This document shows, piece after piece, positions 51,121 to 64,000 of a DNA stretch of 64,000 nucleotides (position 1 is the stretch's first letter; each line of letters starts with the position of its first letter). The position numbers and the translations under genes are program-made. The notes under the pieces were generated by a model. It had not been told where the DNA came from. It did not search any database and saw only the letters and a program-made list of their open reading frames with translations. The stretch is from Octopus sinensis (taxonomy: Eukaryota), in the NCBI RefSeq assembly GCF_006345805.1, contig NC_042997.1:76384001-76448000 (forward strand), given 5' to 3'.

Positions 51121-51532
51121 CTCTATACACTCACATTATATATATGCATGCATACATACATACGTATGTTACATGCATGCATGCATGCATACATACATAC
51201 ATACATACATAAATACATGCATGCATGGATGGTAGCTGCCCCCTCGTTATCGAGTATGGCCATTGCACGAAGCTTAATCAATGTTGTTATCGTACAATGC
51301 CTGTGCAAGAAGATTTTTTTTAAAGTGAGGAAAGGCTAAACCAGTTGTGCAGTATCCATCCCAGTTGCAAGAGATAGAGGCTAGATGGGTTGAAATGTTT
51401 GTAGTGATTAATAAAGATTATCGTATCTTCCATCTGCCTCTCTCATGAATTACACACCCAATGAACACTGAGCCAGTGAACATGCTTTACTGGGAAGCTA
51501 CCAGGTGTATACTATATGATTTATTAACTAAT

Positions 51533-51581
<49 letters not shown>

Positions 51582-52499
51582 GCTTTATTAAAAATAGCAG
51601 ATATTTTTATATCACAAAAAACTGTTACACAAAGTTTTACGTTCCCAATTGTTGGACAGTGTTGTTTAGAATGAAACAAAATAAGGTTATATGTATAAAT
51701 ATACAATTACTTTGATAGCTGCACATTTGAAAATAGTTTTGTTTTATTGGTCCTCAAAACCAGTAGTCTTTTCAATAACCAGTTGCATGAAATTATAATT
51801 GTGGTTTAAAATCATGATATAAAAATCGAAGAAAAAGTTAGATCAAAAAGAGCTTATGTAGAACGAAAAAGACCTGAATACCCAAGGTAAATAATTAGTG
51901 ATAAAAAAATGATAATAATAAATTTAAATAAATTAAAAGATATATCCATTCAAAAAAAAACTTTCACAAAGAAATAACATCCTGAAATACATATACATTT
52001 AGGAATACAAACACATACCAAACAATCTATATTTATGTATATACAGTAAAGATACAAGCATTGGTACATGGCTACATACATATACAGACAAATATAGGTA
52101 AAACATAAATATATACAAATGCATATATATGTATCCATGTACACACACACGCATAATATCTTCTGGTGTATGCTTATACAACTTAGTTGTTACAGGCGAG
52201 AGGAAGAAAACTTAAAGAAAAACAGAGAATAACAAATGATGGTAGAAAGTAAAATGGAAAAGAAGAATGTGAAACAGAAAATTAGAAAAAGAAAGAGAAG
52301 AATAGATAGAGGTAGAGAGAAAGATGATTTGGAAGTTGGTGTTCCTAAAAGTATCTAACGAATGTTTGATATTTCGTTCAGCTTGAAAATGCACACATAT
52401 AAAAATGACATGCATATCTACATAAATACAAACATACATACAAATACAGACACATATGGACATGCATACAAATATACAAATAAATATATATGTAAATAT

Positions 52500-54810
52500 A
52501 TCATCATCATCATTGTTTAATGTCTGTTTTCCATGCTAGCATGGGTTGGACGGTTCGACCAAGGTCTGGGAAGCCAGGAGGCTGCACCGGGCTCCAGTCT
52601 GATCTGGCAGTGTTTCTACAGCTGGATGCCCTTCCTAACACCAACCACTCTGTGAGTGTAGTGGGTGCTTTTTATGTTCCACTGGCACAGGGGCCAGAGG
52701 AGACTGGCAATGGCCACAATCGCTTGGTGCCTTTTATGTGCCACCAGCAAGGAAGCCAGTCAAGGCGGCGCTGGCATTGGCCATGTCTGGATGGTGCTTT
52801 TTACGTGCCACCGGCATGGATATCACAACTACAATCTCCATTTGATTTTTATTTTGATGTTGATGTCTTGACTCAATAGGTCTCCTCAAGCACAGCAGGT
52901 CACCCTAAGATCCAAGGTAAGTGCTGCAGGCCGTCCTGCGATCCAAGGTACTTTGAATGGGCTGGGGCTGGTTATGTGAAGCTTGTGTTGGATACAGCCA
53001 TGAACTCACTTTATTTGTTGGATCTTCGCAGTCACAGCATATCTCCAGAGGTCTCAGTCTTTCGTCATTGCCTCTGTGAGGCCCAACGTTCGAAGGTCAT
53101 GCTTGACCACCTCATCCCATGTCTTCCTGGGTCTATCTCTACACTGGATTCCTTCAACTGTTTGGGAGTGGCACTTATTCACACATCTCTCCTCATCCAT
53201 CCATACCAGCGCAAACGTCTCTCTTGCACGCCTCATCCGATACTTCTTATGTCCAACATTTCTGTCAGGATGCTTACGCTCTGTCGTGTATGCACACTGA
53301 CATTACACATCCAGTGGATCATGCTAGCTTCATTTCTTTCGAGCCTACACATGTCCTCCGCAGTCACAGCCTATGTTTCACTGCTATGAAGCATGGCAGT
53401 TTGCACACATGCATTGTACAATCTACCTTTCACACTGAGCAAGAGACTCTTTGTCACCAGTAAAGGTAGAAGCTTCTAAACTTTGCCCAGGTTATTCTTA
53501 TTCTAGTGGTAACACTTTCTGAGCATCCACCTCCACTACAAATTTGGTCACTTAGGTAGCGGAAGCTATCAACTACCTTTAGTTTCTCCCCCTGGAGTGT
53601 GATGGAATCTGTTTTCTGAGTATATGTGGTGTCTATTGCCCCAGTGCATCTGCCACACTTGAAAGCTAACTTCTCGGTTAATTTTCCTTTGATGTTGCTG
53701 CACCTCTTATGCGTCCATAGCTTACACTGGGTACATCTTATGTATTTTCTACCTACACCTTTTCTACAGATTGTGCAGGGCCACCTACCTGAGGGTGTGT
53801 GTGATGAGTTTGCCTTACTTGAACTTTGGTCTTTGCTACATTGACTCTAAGGCCATTTGATTCTAAACCTAGCTTCCATACCCGAAATTTCTTTTCTAGT
53901 TCCAGTAGTGATTTTGCTATGAGGGCCAGGTCATCAGCATAGAGGAGCACCCAGGGGCAACCCGTCTTGAATTCCTCTGTTATTGCCTGGAGGACTATGA
54001 TGAATAAAAGGGGACTGAGGGCTGAACCTTGGTGGACCCCTACTTCTACCTGGAATCGTTCACTATACTCATTTCCAATCCTAACCTTACTCTGTATATG
54101 GCCTGTACAGCCCTTATCAACTATTCGTCAATCTCCAGTTTCCGCATCACCCACCAGATAAGGGATCGGGGGACCCTGTCAAAGGCTTTTTTCAAGTCCA
54201 CAAAAGCTAAGTATAGGGGTTTATCTTTAGCTGGGTATTTCTCCTGCAGCTGTTGAACCAGGAATATGGCATCAGTGATGCTTCTACCCAGCACAAAACT
54301 GAACTGCATCTCATTTAAGCAGACTCTCTCCCTAATGAGATGGGTTATGACCCTCTCTGTGACCTTCATCACCTGATCCAGCAGTTTGATACCCCTATAG
54401 TTATTTCTATCTAAAGCATCACCTTTACCCTTTTAGCAGTTGACTATGGTGCTTCTACACCAGTCATTGGGTATGACTCCATCATGAACTACCTGGTTTA
54501 CAATGCGGGTGACTACACCACCAACTGTTTTAATCATCTCAGCAGTGATTCCTGATGGGCCTGGGGCTTTTCCTGGCTTCATACTCTTAATTGCTTTATC
54601 TACCAGGGAGCTGTCTATTCGGATAGCTGGTCTCTCTTGTGGGTCAACATTTGGCAGGCTCTCCTCCTCCCATTCATTCTCCACATTCAGTAGTCTTTCA
54701 TTATGGCTTCTCCAAGTTTCTTTCTTTGGAAAATCATTAAAAGCAAGTGCACCATCATCCACGCAGACACATTTCTCTCCTGTGACATCACAATTTTCTC
54801 TCACAAAATA
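52500..54810 (-). mobile_element. RTE-clade LINE, 5'-truncated
   Basis: Minus strand has LYLAFVDLKKAFDRVP, HQGSALSP and LLYADDLAL, then the 3' UTR and (GAT)n at ~52501. Confidence 0.92.
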
Positions 54811-54839
54811 TCTTCACATCAAGATAAATATATGCACCA

Positions 54840-56064
54840 TAACAGATATACACATACAAACATATAGATAAAAACTGTCTGGTATATAGAATATTAAAAT
54901 AAGGAAATTGTACAATAAATTAATATAACATAATTAAATGTAATATAAAATAAATATTTAAATTTAAAATATAAAATTTGAATATATAGAAATCAGTAAA
55001 AAATAAACATGGGCAAAACTTAAGCTTAAATTTATAAAACAGTTGAAGGCTTTCTTAAAAGTTGGATGTAAAATATAAATGTGAAGTCAAAATATGAACT
55101 AGCATTGTAATACAAATGTAACTATATATAAGGTGTAAAGCTAAATTCAAATGTGGAAGTCAAAAAATTTTACCCATATGGTATTTTTCAGTTGATGTTT
55201 TAAACCTCACAGCATGCCTGCAGGAATGTAAGAGCTCACGTCTCTGTTTCAATGCATGTTTACCCTGGAACAGGATGAAGAACATTTCTGAGAGGCAAAG
55301 ATTACATTTCATAGGTCATCTATAGGCTCCATGTTTGTATGATGGTGCTTGTTCCAAAACTGTCCTGCTGATATTGAAAGGACGGGTGTCATTCTCCTTC
55401 AATTGCCAGACAAGATGTGTTGTTATCCTATTCTTGTAGATTTGCAGTTGCGCTTATGGCTAATTCCTCTGAACCAATCTATCACTGACTTGCTATTTCT
55501 CCAAATCCCTAAATCTTATTTACTATTTAACTTGCTTAAAATACGATCTAAAATATATTTACTAATAATGCCTATTTCAGTTTTAGCTAGGTTAATTAGT
55601 CTACCTACATTTATGGTTTCTATTGAAATTTGCTTTGTGGTCTTTCACGTAATAAAGGGTTGGTGTAGGAGGAGGTATTCTATCCTATCACTAACTTTAA
55701 GATTGTTAGCAATTCTTCTTGCCTCCAAATTCACCTCTTTATGTAAATTTGTGTTATTTTTTTTGTAGGTGTCTGTAATACTGTTCGAAAGTAGACGTTT
55801 ATAAACATCTTTGTCAACCGCATATAAGATTTTTGTTTCATCTGCAATTATGAAGATTTTATCTGAGTTTTTTTTATGTCTAATTTTTTCCTTCATATCA
55901 TGGGTTGTTGAATTTGCAGAATTTAATTCTTCTAATAAGCTCGGAAAGGTCATTTTTGAAGGCTTTAATTCTGAAATAGGTGGTGGATTTTTAGAAGATT
56001 TAAGGCCATATTTGTTTCTATTAGATTGTTGCTTCATGTCAAAGAAGAAGGCTTCCCATCTCAT
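54840..56064 (-). mobile_element. Internally deleted Naiad-like PLE
   Basis: Minus strand reads [37 protein letters not shown]...VIDWF, joined to the endonuclease C-terminus (SCRH) near 55225. Confidence 0.8.
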
Positions 56065-56149
56065 TCTTTATTTGTACATGCACACACGCACATACACACT
56101 CCTTTTCCATATGGGATATACATGTATCTATTCTACGGCAAGATTATCT

Positions 56150-56830
56150 CTCTAATCTCTCAACTGGCACATAACACCCCTCTCCACAATACTACTCTCC
56201 ACTTTTGTTTTGCAAGATATTTGGTGACCCTGTTGGTGATGGTACCATATAAAAAGCACAACTGTTGGTGGCATGTGAAAAGCATGGGTGCTGGTGCTAT
56301 GTAAAAAGCACCCAGTACACTAAATAAAGTGGTTGGTGTTAAAAAGGGCACCCAGCTATTGAAACCATGCCAAAATAGACAATGGAACCTGGTGCAGCTC
56401 CTGGCCTTGCCAGCTCATGTCAAACCATCCAACTTGTGCCAGCATGGAACAGATGTTGAAGAATGATGTTGATATCACTTAGGTGCAGACATGGTTATGT
56501 AGTAAGTAGTTTGCTTCCCAACCACATGACTCTAGATTCAGTCCTATTGTGTGGTACCTTGGGTAAATGTCTTCTATTATTGCCTTGGGCCAATTGAAGC
56601 CTTTTGGGTGGATTTGATAGGTGGAAACAGAAGGAAGCCTCTCTCTGTGTGTGTGTGTGTGTGTGTGTGTGTTTGTGTCTGTGTTTGTCCCCTGACAACA
56701 CCACTCAACAACTGGTATTGTGTTTATGTTCCTGTAAGTTAGTGGCTTGGCAAAAAATAGAATGAGTACATGGTTTTAGAAAAAAAATGTACTGGGTTGA
56801 TTCATTTGACTGAAGTTCTTCAAGGTGGTG
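56150..56830 (+). mobile_element. RTE 3'/SINE fragment followed by a tRNA-derived SINE
   Basis: AAAAGCAC repeats plus an AAGGGCACCCAGC tail to ~56465. SINE head and core (GGTACCTTGGGTAAATGTC) from ~56485. Confidence 0.75.
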
Positions 56831-56869
56831 AAACAAATATAAGATAAACAAATGTGTGTGTGTGGTGTG

Positions 56870-60500
<3,631 letters not shown>

Positions 60501-60555
60501 TAATTGGTGAATTGAAGAAATGGAGCTGAACGCAGATTGAACAGAAATCGTTTTA

Positions 60556-60640
60556 TTTCATTCTACACGTGTTTCGAAAGGCACAAATTACAAAATCCGA
60601 TTGAATAATGGGACCATATGTGTCTTCTCTTCAGGAGGAA
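60556..60640 (-). ncRNA. Type I hammerhead ribozyme, left arm
   Basis: Minus strand: CCTC-CTGAAGA-GAAGACAC...GTGCCTTTC-GAAAC-ACGT-GTA-GAATGAAA. The stem III palindrome is ACACGTGT. Confidence 0.8.
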
Positions 60641-61330
60641 AAAAGGAAATCCGTTGGAAAAACAAAAACAGAACAGAGGCAGAGCAAAAAACAAATCGAA
60701 CTGTGCTCCTAAGAGCCCATGGCGAAACTGTTTATCAGTGTATGTTGAGAACCGGTGGCTGAAGAATTCAACAGGTCAGGCATCGGTCAATCATGTGGGT
60801 GAGGGTGTATAGATGTTCTTTGTGACCGAGAATAAAGTTCTGACTATTTAAAGAATATTGGATGTTTTATAAGGGGCGAGAAAAATCTACTTAGAGACGT
60901 GTGTGTGTGTATACTGTTCTATATATGTGTGTGTTGGCGTAGGGGTAGAAAACATTTTTTGTGTACGTGTGTGCGTTTGATCGTTCGAACGATCAAACGC
61001 ACACACGTACACAAAAAATGTTTTCTACCCCTACGCCAAACACACACATATATAGAACAGTATACACACACAACGTCTCTAAGTAGATTTTTTCTCGCCC
61101 CTTATAAAACATCCAATATTCTTTAAATAGTCAGAACTTTATTCTCGGTCACAAAGAACATCTATACACCCTCACCCACATGATTGACCGATGCCTGACC
61201 TGTTGAATTCTTCAGCCACCGGTTCTCAACATACACTGATAAACAGTTTCGCCATGGGCTCTTAGGAGCACAGTTCGATTTGTTTTTTGCTCTGCCTCTG
61301 TTCTGTTTTTGTTTCCAACGGATTTCCTTT

Positions 61331-61418
61331 TTTCTTCCTGAAGAGAAAGACACAATATGGTCCCATTATTCAATCGGATTTTGTAATTTGTGCCTCTCGA
61401 ACAACGTGTAGAATGAAA
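61331..61418 (+). ncRNA. Type I hammerhead ribozyme, right arm (GAAAC read as GAACAAC)
   Basis: TTTCTTC-CTGAAGA-GAAAGACACAA...TTGTGCCTCTC-GAACAACGTGTA-GAATGAAA. Core is damaged or miscalled. Confidence 0.65.
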
Positions 61419-61625
61419 TAAAACGATTTCTGTTCAATCTGCGTTCAGCTCCATTTTCTCAATTCACCAATAATGTTTTAATTCAATTATCCGCACCAAC
61501 GCACGGTTGCAACGCCAGATGGTTGTACCTCCAACCGTGCTGTTCACTGCTGTGATTTTTGTGCTACTAAGGTATCGGTTAAACTTTTGATTAATCTACT
61601 ACAAGATTATTCATCTTTCTATTTC

Positions 61626-63319
<1,694 letters not shown>

Positions 63320-63651
63320 CTACTACTGTAGTCGAATAATATTTTTAAGTTCACAATTTACTCACATGCAGCATCGTCAGAGCTTTGTTGCTAATTCAGT
63401 CTTACCAAATTGAAAACTGTTAGCTTCAATGATAGAAGAAAACATGAAGAATTTTATAGTTTTGGTTCCATGCAACAAAAATTTATATCAAAAAAGTTGT
63501 GAGTTAAATTATCATGAAAAAAAATATAAGGCAAAAAATGGGATTTAAATATTATTAACTTTTTTATTTTAAAAACAAACTATATTTTAATTAAGCTTAA
63601 ATGATAGAGCTCAATTCGAGGAATTTCATGGTATCACTCTCATGCAATGAA

Positions 63652-64000
63652 GTTTTAAAAGAAAAAAGTTATGAGTGTTTGTTTCTCAAATTTGAGCCTG
63701 ATAATACATTTCTATACTTTTTCATGAATATAATTCTATAAGGGGACTTTTAATATATGTCATCAGCATCATTGAGGTAAGGAAAAAATTATCAACAACA
63801 CAGCTAATTTGGAATTAATTAGGTCATCTGTATTAATTAATGCAATTATATCATGTAAACACAGTCCTGTAATATCTGAGACGAGAAAAACGTTTTAAAA
63901 GAAAAAAGTTATGAGTGTTTGTTTTTCAAATTTGAGGGTGATAATATAGTTCTATATATTTTTATGAATATAGTTCTATCAGGGGACTTTTAATATATGT
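63652..64000 (+). repeat. Diverged ~240-bp-period repeat, runs off the window end
   Basis: GTTTTAAAAGAAAAAAGTTATGAGTGTTTG...GGGGACTTTTAATATATGT occurs at ~63652-63760 and ~63891-64000. Confidence 0.75.

Larger units (their letters stand above)
60504..61470. repeat. Spacer-less fold-back palindrome, ~483-bp arms
   Basis: Centre GATCGTTC|GAACGATC at 60986/60987. The arms differ by scattered indels and mismatches. The sequence continues past the right arm to (TA)n at ~61625. Confidence 0.95.

Overview
Eukaryotic, repeat-saturated, AT-rich genomic DNA, most likely from an octopus (inferred from the tRNA-derived SINEs, RTE-clade LINEs with (GAT)n tails and very long (TA)n tracts). The only host gene I can support is MEGF8: three internal coding exons on + (32529-32701, 40947-41165, 42850-43377) that splice in frame. 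The rest is probably intron, filled with decayed RTE LINEs, Penelope-like elements (PLEs), piggyBac deletion derivatives, Helitron pieces, MITEs, a solo LTR and SINEs. The ORF track misses the most striking signal: I could fold 13 type I hammerhead ribozyme (HHR) motifs by hand, one clearly degenerate, from about 8 sequence families. They include a 2.8-copy ~474-bp tandem array with one HHR per unit, a 352-bp non-coding HHR element with a diverged relative showing compensatory base changes, and two long fold-back palindromes with an HHR on each arm. This looks like a PLE/retrozyme-like system inside the MEGF8 locus, some of which could produce circular RNA. All folds were done by eye and none has been tested. 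Many repeat boundaries are approximate (tens of bp).
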